Both the position numbers and the translations under genes were made by a program. The notes beneath the pieces were generated by a model. That model did not search any database. It saw nothing but the letters and a program-made list of their open reading frames with translations, and was not told where the DNA came from. Positions 1 through 8,816 of a DNA stretch of 36,543 nucleotides are shown here, one piece after another. Position 1 is the stretch's first letter. Each line of letters starts with the position of its first letter. The stretch comes from Bacillota bacterium (lineage in GTDB: Bacteria; Bacillota; UBA4882; UBA10575): NCBI GenBank assembly GCA_003511465.1, contig DOID01000023.1, forward strand, positions 3,676-40,218, read 5' to 3'.

Positions 1-1131
1 ATCAGCAGTAACAAAAATGATCCTTTTACCGTCCAAGTGTATAACCAGGCTAAGCTGGCGATTGATGAAGCCGATGTGATCTGGTTTGTCGTTGATGCCC
101 GCGAGGGCTTGCACCCCTTAGATCAGGAAATTGCCGAGATGCTGCGTAAAGCGAATAAACCCCTTATTTTGGTGGGGAATAAAGTCGATACTTATGATCC
201 AGCCCTCGCCAATGATTTTTATGCACTGGGGTTTGGACCCCCGCTGTTGATCTCAGCCGAACATGCCTTAAACCTCGGTGACCTTCTTGATCAGACCACC
301 GAGAAATTCCCGAACCAACAAGACGAAGTAGAGACCGCAATCCGGGTAGCCTTAATTGGCCGTCCGAATAGTGGGAAGTCTTCGCTCCTCAATGCCATGC
401 TGGGCGAAGAAAGAGTTATCGTCAGTCCGATCCCCGGTACTACCAGGGACGCCATTGATACTCCCTTTCAATATGAAGGAGTTAATTATATTTTAGTCGA
501 TACGGCCGGTATTCGCCGTAAAGCCCGGGTTGAGGAGGCAGTCGAGTATTATAGTGTTCTCCGTGCCCTCCGGGCCGTGGAAAGAGCAGATGTAGCCATC
601 GTTGTGCTTGATGCCACAGATTTCTTAACCGAACAGGATAAAAAGGTGGCAGGTATTGCCCATGAAGCCGGAAAGGCTATTCTGATTGTGGTTAATAAGT
701 GGGATTTGGTGGAGAAGGATGACCGCACCGTAAAAGTGCATGTGGAGAAGCTCCGTAACGAGCTTTCCTTTTTGGATTATGCCCCTGTTTTGTTTATTTC
801 GGCCAAAACAGGACAAAGAGTAAAAAAGGTGCTTCCAGAAGTGTTTACCGTGGCCAATGAATATAACAAACGGATTTCGACCCGCGCCATCAACGAACTG
901 CTCCGTGAATCTTTGCTGCGGCACCAACCACCGGCGCATAAAGGTAAACAATTAAAAGTCTATTACGGGACGCAAATAAAAGTGAAACCACCCACCATTC
1001 AATTGTGGGTAAATGACCCCTCATTAATGCATTTTTCTTTCCGAAGGTTTTTAGAGAACCAATTTAGGGCAAATTATGGTTTTACCGGTTCGCCCTTACA
1101 TTTTCTGGTCAAAAAACGGACGAAAGATTAA
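1..1131 (+). CDS. der: Ribosome biogenesis GTPase Der/EngA (5' end outside window)
   Basis: Open frame from base 1; end of G-domain 1 (NKVD), second G-domain GRPNSGKS/DTAG/NKWD, C-terminal KH-like domain; der-plsY-gpsA-spoIVA synteny. Confidence 0.97.
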   Translation: MSSNKNDPFTVQVYNQAKLAIDEADVIWFVVDAREGLHPLDQEIAEMLRKANKPLILVGNKVDTYDPALANDFYALGFGPPLLISAEHALNLGDLLDQTTEKFPNQQDEVETAIRVALIGRPNSGKSSLLNAMLGEERVIVSPIPGTTRDAIDTPFQYEGVNYILVDTAGIRRKARVEEAVEYYSVLRALRAVERADVAIVVLDATDFLTEQDKKVAGIAHEAGKAILIVVNKWDLVEKDDRTVKVHVEKLRNELSFLDYAPVLFISAKTGQRVKKVLPEVFTVANEYNKRISTRAINELLRESLLRHQPPAHKGKQLKVYYGTQIKVKPPTIQLWVNDPSLMHFSFRRFLENQFRANYGFTGSPLHFLVKKRTKD

Positions 1132-1213
1132 AGCTTTTTGCGTTAATATTGTAGCGGGATCGTTAAATCAAATGATAAAGCACAAAGCCCATAAAGAAGC
1201 AGGAGTGTAGAGG

Positions 1214-1819
1214 ATGGAAAAATTATTTGTGTTGATGCTTAGTTACCTTCTCGGCGGAATGCTGTTTGGAGAGATCATTGCGTTTCTTTCTCAAGTCGAT
1301 GTGCGTAAAAAAGGCAGCGGAAATCCGGGTGCCACTAATATTTATCGGATTTTAGGTCCACTCTTTGGGATCATCGTCCTGCTGGGCGACGGGTTAAAGG
1401 GGGTTGTCGGCACTTTAATCAGTACTTGGCTGGGAAGGCCGGAACTTGCCCCCTGGTGCGGACTAGCGGTGATTGTCGGCCATAATTGGCCGCTCCAGTT
1501 TAAATTTCAAGGTGGAAAAGGGATTGCCACTTCCTTAGGAACCATTATCGTCTTGGTTCCTGAAACTTTGTTCATTCTTGTTCCCCTGTGGATTATTACC
1601 CTTATTCTTTCCGGTTATGTTTCCCTCTCTTCCATCATAGCAGCTTCCGTGCTACCCTGGGCTTGTCTGTACTTTTATCCGGGCGAATGGAGCCTCTTTA
1701 TCTATGCGGCAGTGGCCTGTGCCTTGGCAATCTTTCGACATCGCTCTAATATCCAGAGAATTATTAATGGTAACGAAAATAGAATCTTTCGACCAAAAGC
1801 TAAGGAGGATAAAACATGA
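1214..1819 (+). CDS. plsY: Glycerol-3-phosphate acyltransferase PlsY
   Basis: GSGNPGATN, GHNWP..FQGGKGIAT and HRSNIQRI motifs; multiple TM segments; AGGAG RBS. Confidence 0.96.
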   Translation: MEKLFVLMLSYLLGGMLFGEIIAFLSQVDVRKKGSGNPGATNIYRILGPLFGIIVLLGDGLKGVVGTLISTWLGRPELAPWCGLAVIVGHNWPLQFKFQGGKGIATSLGTIIVLVPETLFILVPLWIITLILSGYVSLSSIIAASVLPWACLYFYPGEWSLFIYAAVACALAIFRHRSNIQRIINGNENRIFRPKAKEDKT

Positions 1820-2823
1820 AGATTGGACTGATTGGAGCAGGGGGTTGGGGGACCGCCCTCGCTAAATTATTAACCGAAAATGGCCATGAGGTTAAACTAT
1901 GGGCTTACGAACAGGAAACCGTGGATGAGGTTAACGAGAAGCATACCAATGCACGATTTCTGCCCGGAGTCGTCTTGCCGGATGCTTTAACGGCCAGTAG
2001 TGATCCAGCCCTGGTCACCGCTGGGGCGGAGCTGGTTACTTTTGTCGTGCCTTCCCAGTGGTTACGCTCGACGGCCCAACGCTTTAAGGAATACCTATCC
2101 CCTGATGTTGTGGTGGTGAATGCCGGAAAGGGGATTGAAATAGATACCTTAACAACCATGACGCAAGTCTTAAAAGAAGAATTACCTAATCTTCGCCATG
2201 AAATCGTGGCGCTTTCCGGCCCTAATCATTCTGAAGAAGTAAGCCGGGGTCTGCCGTCAGCCACCGTGGTCGCTGCTCCTGATTTAAAGGTGGCCGAATT
2301 TGTCCAGGAAGCCTTTATCTCCCCTTACCTAAGGGTTTATACCAATCAAGACCGGTTAGGGGTTGAAATCGGCGGTGCTTTAAAGAATGTTTTTTCGATG
2401 GCGGCCGGGATGAGTGATGGTTTAAATTTCGGCGATAATACGAAAGCGGCCTTAGTGACCAGGGCTTTAGCGGAAATGCGTCGCCTAGGTCAGCTCATGG
2501 GCGCCGAGCCGGTGACTTTTTCCGGTTTATCCGGTTTGGGCGATCTTTTTGTCACTGCTGCGAGTCGGCATAGTAGAAACGCCTGGGCCGGTCGGGAGAT
2601 CGGGAAAGGCCGTCGCCTTAACGAAATTTTAGCCTCCACGCCAATGGTGGTCGAAGGGGTACCGACGACGAAAGCAGCCTATGCTTTAAGCCAAAAATAC
2701 CAGGTCGAACTGCCGATTATCGAAAAGATGTATCAGATCTTATTCGAAGATTATTCACCCCGCCAAGCGGTGGAGGATCTAATGGTTAGAGAACGTCGCT
2801 CCGAAATCGAAACTATTTTTTAG
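1816..2823 (+). CDS. gpsA: NAD(P)H-dependent glycerol-3-phosphate dehydrogenase
   Basis: IGAGGWGTALA Rossmann motif, SGPNH, GGALKNV, GLGDL..T..SRN; ATGA overlap with plsY. Confidence 0.97.
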   Translation: MKIGLIGAGGWGTALAKLLTENGHEVKLWAYEQETVDEVNEKHTNARFLPGVVLPDALTASSDPALVTAGAELVTFVVPSQWLRSTAQRFKEYLSPDVVVVNAGKGIEIDTLTTMTQVLKEELPNLRHEIVALSGPNHSEEVSRGLPSATVVAAPDLKVAEFVQEAFISPYLRVYTNQDRLGVEIGGALKNVFSMAAGMSDGLNFGDNTKAALVTRALAEMRRLGQLMGAEPVTFSGLSGLGDLFVTAASRHSRNAWAGREIGKGRRLNEILASTPMVVEGVPTTKAAYALSQKYQVELPIIEKMYQILFEDYSPRQAVEDLMVRERRSEIETIF

Positions 2824-2918
2824 TGTGGTCGACCAGTTCCCAGCAATTACGTAAAAGGAATCCCTGCTTTCCACGGCGAAGAAAAACAATGGAATCTGGC
2901 TGCGGAAGGAGTGATGAG

Positions 2919-3551
2919 ATGAAAAGGCTACTGGTTAAATTCGGCTTTCTGCTGTTAATCTTGCTTCTGGTGGCCGGAAAGCTCTCCGTAACAGCCGAAG
3001 AGCGTTTAAGTGCAGCCCGGGTTAATGAGGACTTCCGTGTAGATTCTCCACTGGAAATGTGGACCAAGAGCACCACGGTTTATGACAACAATTTCTCGGG
3101 TAACTTAAGTCTACGGCTTTACGCCGGTTTTAACCAAAAGTTTCTCTTCTTAGGATTTTATGTGCGGGATTCTTTTTTAACCTTTGCGGATGATTTTACC
3201 TTGGATTTTCAAGGTAGCGATCACCTTCGAATCCATTTTCAAAGCGATCCGGAAGCGGCAAAAACCCCAGTGACCTTATATTTGTTGCCCAGTAGTAAAA
3301 TAAAAGAGCCTCTTTTTAACATTGCAGGCGCTTCTTGGCGGCACTCAAGTATAACAGTGAATTCCGTTCCCGGTAAAGCAGCTTATTTTTATTCCGTTGC
3401 CATCGACCGTTCGAATCTCCGCCCAACTTGGCAACGGGAAATTCCACTTCAAATCGGACTTCATGACGTGAATAGCCAGGGAAAAGTTGATCTCTACTGG
3501 CTTTTCGGAACCGGACCCAAGGACCATGGTACGTTAGTACTCTCCCAATAG
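2919..3551 (+). CDS. Secreted hypothetical protein, possible CBM9/DOMON-like sugar-binding domain
   Basis: Start reassigned to ATG 2919 after AAGGAG; signal peptide MKRLLVKFGFLLLILLL...; pattern LFLGFYVRD...GSDHLRIHF...IGLHDVN resembles DOMON-like/CBM9 folds (by eye). Confidence 0.6.
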   Translation: MKRLLVKFGFLLLILLLVAGKLSVTAEERLSAARVNEDFRVDSPLEMWTKSTTVYDNNFSGNLSLRLYAGFNQKFLFLGFYVRDSFLTFADDFTLDFQGSDHLRIHFQSDPEAAKTPVTLYLLPSSKIKEPLFNIAGASWRHSSITVNSVPGKAAYFYSVAIDRSNLRPTWQREIPLQIGLHDVNSQGKVDLYWLFGTGPKDHGTLVLSQ

Positions 3552-3585
3552 AGGCTTCACTTCAAAAATAAACAGCAAAAATCTT

Positions 3586-3609
3586 CAACCCGGAAGGGTT
3601 GTTTTTTTT
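3586..3609 (+). terminator. Intrinsic terminator
   Basis: CAACCC-GGAA-GGGTTG hairpin followed by T8. Confidence 0.75.
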
Positions 3610-3696
3610 GTCCTATTTTTTTCGTGATCATCATAAGATTAAGCAGACCCGGATCTTGAACAACCCCGGAATGGTCAGGGTAAATTCGGAAAAACA

Positions 3697-3728
3697 GGCA
3701 TAACGAGAGATCTTCTGTTGTATATATT
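3697..3728 (+). promoter_or_regulatory. Possible sigma-E promoter of spoIVA
   Basis: gcATA-N18-tATAtatT resembles the sigma-E consensus; spoIVA is sigma-E dependent in Bacillus and Clostridium. Confidence 0.35.
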
Positions 3729-3839
3729 GAGATGAATACAGCTTGATCCAAGTCCACAATTTTCGATTCTTTGGGAGGTGGGTGGCGAGAAAGACGTATA
3801 CTTTTTGGGATGAGTATGAAGGAAAAGGGGGGAGGAGGA

Positions 3840-5315
3840 TTGGAACGGTTTGATATCTTTAAAGATATCGCCGAACGTACGGATGGAAACATCTATATAG
3901 GAGTTGTCGGACCGGTACGGACAGGGAAGTCAACTTTTATCAAACGTTTCATGGAATTAATGGTATTGCCGAACATTAACGATCTTCACCAGCGGGAACG
4001 GACCCAGGATGAGATGCCCCAGAGTGGCGCGGGTAAAACGATTATGACGACCGAACCGAAATTTATCCCGGATGAGGCAATTCCACTCAAATTTGACCAA
4101 TTAGAACTAAGAGTACGTATGGTGGATTGTGTTGGTTATACCGTCGATGGTGCCCGGGGTTATCAGGATGAGACCGGCCCCCGTATGGTAATTACCCCCT
4201 GGAGCACAACTCCGGTGACTTTTCAGTTGGCGGCCGAAATGGGCACTAAAAAGGTGATTCAGGACCATTCCACCATTGGTTTGGTGATCACCACCGATGG
4301 TAGTATCACAGAGCTTCCACGGGAAAGCTATCTTCCCGCCGAAGAAAAGGTCATCGCGGAACTTGCCGCCCTTGGTAAACCCTTTGCGGTCTTAGTTAAT
4401 TCCGTTCACCCGCAGGCGGAGGAGACGCTTGCCCTAGTCCACGACTTGCAGGAGAAATATCAGGTACCGGTTTTACCCGTAGATTGCATGCGCATGGAAG
4501 TCAATGAGGTTAATCGGATCATGCAAAATGTCTTACAGATGTTCCCCGTACAGGAGATTCAGGTGAATTTTGTTGATTGGATTGAAGAGTTACCAACCGA
4601 TCATTGGTTGCGTACGGAGTATGAAGAAGCGGTCCTCACCGCTGTTGCCGACGTCGAAAGAGTAAAAGATGTGGAGCAAAGTCTGATTGTGCTGGAGAAT
4701 ACCGCACATATGGAAGAAATTAGCCTCGAAAAAGTAGATTTAGGAAAAGGAACAGTCGTGATCAGGATTAAAACGGCTGAGGCCTTATTCTATCAGGTTT
4801 TACAAGAAATTAGCGGTCTCGTGCTCAAGAACAACGGCGACCTTTTGCGGAGCCTTCAGGAATTAGTCTTCGCGAAAAACGAATACCAGAAGGTGGCCGG
4901 CGCTTTGCAGCAAGTAAAAGAACTGGGGTATGGTTTGGTCATGCCGCAGATGGATGAGATCGAATGTGCCCAACCCCAGCTTATTCATCAAGGTAGCCGG
5001 TGCGGGGTCCGGATTAGAGCGTCGGCCCCATCTTACCACTTTATAAAGGCTAATATCCAGACGGAAGTGATTCCGGTAGTTGGAACCGAGAAACAGGGGG
5101 AAGAATTTGTCCGCTTTTTAACCGAGGAATTTGAGAAAGATCCGGAAGGAATTTGGAAAACCGAGTTTTTCGGAAAATCCCTTCACGACCTAGTTAAAGA
5201 AGGGATTCAAGCTAAATTAAGCCGAATGCCGGCCCACGCCCAAGAAAAACTCCAAGAAACATTGACCAAAATTCTAAATGAGGGAAGTGGCGGGTTAATC
5301 TGCATCATCATCTAA
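3840..5315 (+). CDS. spoIVA: Stage IV sporulation protein A
   Basis: TTG start after GGAGGAGG; IYIGVVGPVRTGKSTFIKRFM, MTTEPKF, C-terminal NEGSGGLICIII; 491 aa. Confidence 0.98.
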   Translation: MERFDIFKDIAERTDGNIYIGVVGPVRTGKSTFIKRFMELMVLPNINDLHQRERTQDEMPQSGAGKTIMTTEPKFIPDEAIPLKFDQLELRVRMVDCVGYTVDGARGYQDETGPRMVITPWSTTPVTFQLAAEMGTKKVIQDHSTIGLVITTDGSITELPRESYLPAEEKVIAELAALGKPFAVLVNSVHPQAEETLALVHDLQEKYQVPVLPVDCMRMEVNEVNRIMQNVLQMFPVQEIQVNFVDWIEELPTDHWLRTEYEEAVLTAVADVERVKDVEQSLIVLENTAHMEEISLEKVDLGKGTVVIRIKTAEALFYQVLQEISGLVLKNNGDLLRSLQELVFAKNEYQKVAGALQQVKELGYGLVMPQMDEIECAQPQLIHQGSRCGVRIRASAPSYHFIKANIQTEVIPVVGTEKQGEEFVRFLTEEFEKDPEGIWKTEFFGKSLHDLVKEGIQAKLSRMPAHAQEKLQETLTKILNEGSGGLICIII

Positions 5316-5334
5316 AAAACCTCGATTAGCTGGG

Positions 5335-5366
5335 AAAGCCGTGTGCATCACGGCTTTAATTTTTTT
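5335..5366 (+). terminator. Intrinsic terminator after spoIVA
   Basis: AAAGCCGTG-tgcat-CACGGCTTT then T-run. Confidence 0.8.
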
Positions 5367-5532
5367 CTTGACAAGTAAAAAAACCAATAACTACGGCGTA
5401 AAACAAATAAATTTTCGTTTAGACAGAAGGATAACGGGGAATTATCTAGAATAGATAATTGCAAATTCCAAGGTAAGGATCTAATACTACTTTCCATAAT
5501 GCGCCACATGCGCGCTCGAAGGAGGTGAGCTG

Positions 5533-5808
5533 ATGACAAAGACCGAATTAATCGATCAAGTTGCAGAGAAAAGCAGTTTAACAAAGAAAGATTCAGGGAA
5601 AGCCGTTGACGCTATTTTTTCTGTAATGACAGAAGCCTTATCCAAAGGAGATAAGGTGCAACTCGTTGGTTTTGGCAGCTTTGAAGTGAAGGAGAGAAGC
5701 GCCCGCACCGGTCGTAATCCTCAAACTGGAGCGACAATCGAAATTAAAGCTAGAAAGGTACCGGTATTCAAACCGGGAAAAGCCTTAAAAGAGGCTGTCG
5801 ATCGTTAA
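5533..5808 (+). CDS. hup: DNA-binding protein HU
   Basis: MTKTELI...[21 protein letters not shown]...[10 protein letters not shown]; AAGGAGG RBS. Confidence 0.98.
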   Translation: MTKTELIDQVAEKSSLTKKDSGKAVDAIFSVMTEALSKGDKVQLVGFGSFEVKERSARTGRNPQTGATIEIKARKVPVFKPGKALKEAVDR

Positions 5809-5869
5809 ATCCAATTCTCAAATCGTCTTACTGCTCTTCGGAGAAGCTTTCGTCCATTGCAGTACATAC

Positions 5870-5899
5870 AAGGCCTCCCGTGTTTGGGGGCCTTTTCTT
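5870..5899 (+). terminator. Intrinsic terminator after hup
   Basis: AAGGCCTCC...GGGGGCCTT hairpin plus TTTTCTT. Confidence 0.75.
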
Positions 5900-6002
5900 A
5901 ATGTAAGGAAATTGCCTTAAAATAAAACTTACCGGAACTGTCTGCGTAGTTTTGCGTTTTACGTTTATATGTGTTCCGATCGGAACCTGGGAGGGATTGG
6001 CG

Positions 6003-6572
6003 TTGAAATTTAAATCAGTCTTACGGGAAATTGTTGAGGTGGTGCTCCCGGCTCTAATCCTGTTTTTGCTTTTAAGGACCTTTGTTGTTGAAGCCCGTTA
6101 TGTACCTAGTCCGTCGATGCGGCCGACCATCATTGAGTGGGATCGTTTTTTAGTGGAGAAAGTCTCTTACCGTTTTCGGGAGCCGAGGCGTGGGGATGTT
6201 GTGGTCTTTCATCCGACCGACGAAGCCAATGCTTTAGCCAATGAAGAGCAGCGGCGCCGGGGAGAACAAATGGTCAACCTTGATGACTTTATTAAGCGCA
6301 TCATTGGGCTGCCGGGAGAGACGGTGGCGATTAGTGAGGGAAAAATATGGATTGATGGTCTTCCCCTCTCGGAAGAGTATATTACCCCCGAACGACGTCC
6401 CATCTATGAGTATGGGCCGGTGACCATCGGCCCCGACGAGTATTTGGTTTTAGGAGATAATAGAAACCAAAGCTGGGATAGTCACTATTGGGGATTCGTT
6501 CCGCGGAAGAATATTGTGGGCCGCGCTTTCTGGCGGTTTTGGCCGTTAAACCGGATGGGGACAATTCGTTAA
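6003..6572 (+). CDS. lepB: Signal peptidase I
   Basis: TTG start 8 nt after GGGAGG; TM helix, catalytic Ser (SPSMRPT), Lys (IKRIIGLPG), GDNRNQSWDS. Confidence 0.96.
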   Translation: MKFKSVLREIVEVVLPALILFLLLRTFVVEARYVPSPSMRPTIIEWDRFLVEKVSYRFREPRRGDVVVFHPTDEANALANEEQRRRGEQMVNLDDFIKRIIGLPGETVAISEGKIWIDGLPLSEEYITPERRPIYEYGPVTIGPDEYLVLGDNRNQSWDSHYWGFVPRKNIVGRAFWRFWPLNRMGTIR

Positions 6573-6642
6573 TAAAGTTTTTTGTGTTAGTTAACCCTAA
6601 TAACTACGCAAAAAGCCTTACTTTAGTAAAGGGGTTGCGACA

Positions 6643-7272
6643 ATGAGGTTACAGCAGTTTACCCTCGGAGAGATGCAGGTAAACACCTATCTTTTATGGG
6701 ATGAAGAAACGCTGGAAACTGCCTGTTTTGATCCGGGAGGACCACCTGAGGAGCTGCTTACGGAGATTAGGGACAAAAAGCTAACTTTAAAATACATCAT
6801 CCTTACCCACGGGCATTATGACCATATTGGCGGGGTCAATACTTTAAAAGAGCAAACAGGCGCTTTGGTGGCGATTCATACCGCCGATGCTGACCTTTTG
6901 ACCAACCCAGCGCTTAATCTTTCCGCAATGTTCGGGATGAAAGTGGTAGTGAAAGCGGACCAACTATTGAGCGATGGTGAAGTTCTTTGTTTAGGCTCGA
7001 ACATGTTGAAAGCGTACCATACCCCCGGTCATACTCAGGGCAGTATGGTGATTAGTGGACCTGGTCTTCTGTTCAGTGGCGATACGCTTTTCGCCGGGAA
7101 TGTGGGGCGCACCGACTTACCCACCGGAGACCCAGCCACTTTGACTAGTAGTTTACGTAAACTGCTTCAATTCTCTGATGAGACCAGACTCTTTCCCGGT
7201 CATGGTCCGGACACCATCCTAGGCCGCGAAAAACAAAATAATCCTTTTCTCAAGCCGTTGGTGGCGAGATAG
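6643..7272 (+). CDS. MBL-fold metallo-hydrolase (glyoxalase II-like)
   Basis: THGHYDH, HTPGHT, SGDTLF, PGHG motifs. Confidence 0.93.
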   Translation: MRLQQFTLGEMQVNTYLLWDEETLETACFDPGGPPEELLTEIRDKKLTLKYIILTHGHYDHIGGVNTLKEQTGALVAIHTADADLLTNPALNLSAMFGMKVVVKADQLLSDGEVLCLGSNMLKAYHTPGHTQGSMVISGPGLLFSGDTLFAGNVGRTDLPTGDPATLTSSLRKLLQFSDETRLFPGHGPDTILGREKQNNPFLKPLVAR

Positions 7273-8748
7273 ATGAGTTCATACCAACTTCAGTGTAATT
7301 TAGCCGGGAACCAGAGGAACATGGAAAACATGGTGCGCGCGGTTGATCCCGATGCCCTTTTCCCGGCCGAAGGGGAGACCGATTTTAAAATCGATCTTAC
7401 GCTCATCCCGGATGAGGCGGGATTGACTTGTCGGGGTAAGCTGAGTGGACGGCAGCAAGCAGAAGTTACTTTCAATGACCGGGAAATTACCGATCCCCGT
7501 TATGGGACAACAGCTTATGAGCAGCGTAAAAAAGAAATGGTACGGCAGGGCGTATTAACTCTACTCGTTCAAGGAGGCAACCCCCAGCTACCCTGGGGTA
7601 TCCTCACCGGCGTCCGTCCGAGTAAAATCTACCATTATCTGCGAGATTTGGGCTTCACCGCCGCTGAAGTCCGGTCAAAGTTGGAAACCCAGTTTCTGCT
7701 GATACCGGAAAAAGCGCAGCTCTTAACGGAGGTAGGTGAAAGGCAAAGGCCTTTTTTCCAAAGGGTGGGGACGACAATCAGTATTTATATCGGGATCCCC
7801 TTTTGTCCGACCAAATGCAATTATTGTTCTTTTGCTTCTTATCCCTTGATCACCCATGCTCATTTAGTCGAACCGTTTTTAGCTGCCCTGGCCTATGAGA
7901 TCGATGAAATTAGCGAAGTCTTAGCCCAGACCGGTTCCTCCCTGGCTACCTTGTATATCGGCGGCGGAACCCCTTCCATCTTGTCAGCAAGCCAATTACG
8001 CTCCTTGCTGGAGCGGATCCAACAGAAACTTCCCCTGGACAGGTTATTGGAATATACGGTGGAAGCTGGGCGTCCCGATACCCTTGACCGGGAAAAGCTA
8101 ATACTGATGCGTGCCTACGGGGTATCTCGGATCAGTGTTAACCCCCAAACGGTTAATCCTCGTACTTTACAGCGCATCGGCCGCGAGCATTCTATAGCGC
8201 AGTTTGAAGCAACTGTCCGGATGGTTCGAGATTTAAAATTTCCCTGCTTAAATATGGATATGATCGTGGGTCTCCCCGGCGAAACTGAAGAGGATTGGGA
8301 CCAAACCCTTCAACAACTCCTTGCGGTTCAAGGAGAAAACATTACCCTGCATACTTTAGCGCCCAAAAGGGCGGCCACTTGGGATTTTACCCGGGTTAAG
8401 CAGGAGATTGCCGAGGAAAGGGTTGCGTCTTGGTTGAGGGTAGCCAGGGCGCAACTGAGCGCCAACAATTATTACCCTTATTATCTTTACCGACAAAGAA
8501 GAAGTGTCGCCGGACAAGAAAACTGCGGTTATACGCTTCCGGGTTGGGAAGGTATTTATAATATAATCATGATGGAAGAAAGGTCTACTGTTTTAGGTTT
8601 GGGGGGAGGAGGGATGAGTAAGTGGTTTGATCCGGTTCAGCAATGGGTTTCCAGAACTCCGAACCCGAAATGTCCCGCAACTTACAGCGGGCGGATCAAG
8701 GAATTAGTGGCGAAAAAAGTCAGCAAGTTGTTGACAGCTGTGAATTGA
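7273..8748 (+). CDS. hemZ: Radical SAM protein HemZ (coproporphyrinogen dehydrogenase-like)
   Basis: WGILTGVRPSK N-terminal HemZ signature, CPTKCNYC radical SAM triad, YIGGGTPS, EAGRPDT, PYYLYRQ; MBL-hemZ-hisS-aspS synteny. Confidence 0.9.
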   Translation: MSSYQLQCNLAGNQRNMENMVRAVDPDALFPAEGETDFKIDLTLIPDEAGLTCRGKLSGRQQAEVTFNDREITDPRYGTTAYEQRKKEMVRQGVLTLLVQGGNPQLPWGILTGVRPSKIYHYLRDLGFTAAEVRSKLETQFLLIPEKAQLLTEVGERQRPFFQRVGTTISIYIGIPFCPTKCNYCSFASYPLITHAHLVEPFLAALAYEIDEISEVLAQTGSSLATLYIGGGTPSILSASQLRSLLERIQQKLPLDRLLEYTVEAGRPDTLDREKLILMRAYGVSRISVNPQTVNPRTLQRIGREHSIAQFEATVRMVRDLKFPCLNMDMIVGLPGETEEDWDQTLQQLLAVQGENITLHTLAPKRAATWDFTRVKQEIAEERVASWLRVARAQLSANNYYPYYLYRQRRSVAGQENCGYTLPGWEGIYNIIMMEERSTVLGLGGGGMSKWFDPVQQWVSRTPNPKCPATYSGRIKELVAKKVSKLLTAVN

Positions 8749-8773
8749 CAAGAGTAGCTGGTTTCGGTACAAT
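8745..8773 (+). promoter_or_regulatory. Sigma-A promoter for the foldase gene
   Basis: TTGACA-N17-TACAAT. Confidence 0.75.
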
Positions 8774-8816
8774 TAGAAAAGATGCCAAGAAACCAAATTG
8801 TTAAGGAGGAATTATA

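Noticed and set aside
3586-3681. Imperfect repeats CAACCC(C)GGAA upstream of spoIVA
   Set aside because: Only two short copies, one of which is the terminator stem; no regular spacing
3771-3839. Long N-terminal extensions in the ORF track (spoIVA, lepB, aspS, spoIIAA, spoIIAB, 2823 ORF)
   Set aside because: Downstream starts with good RBS match family N-termini; the extensions are artefacts of longest-ORF calling
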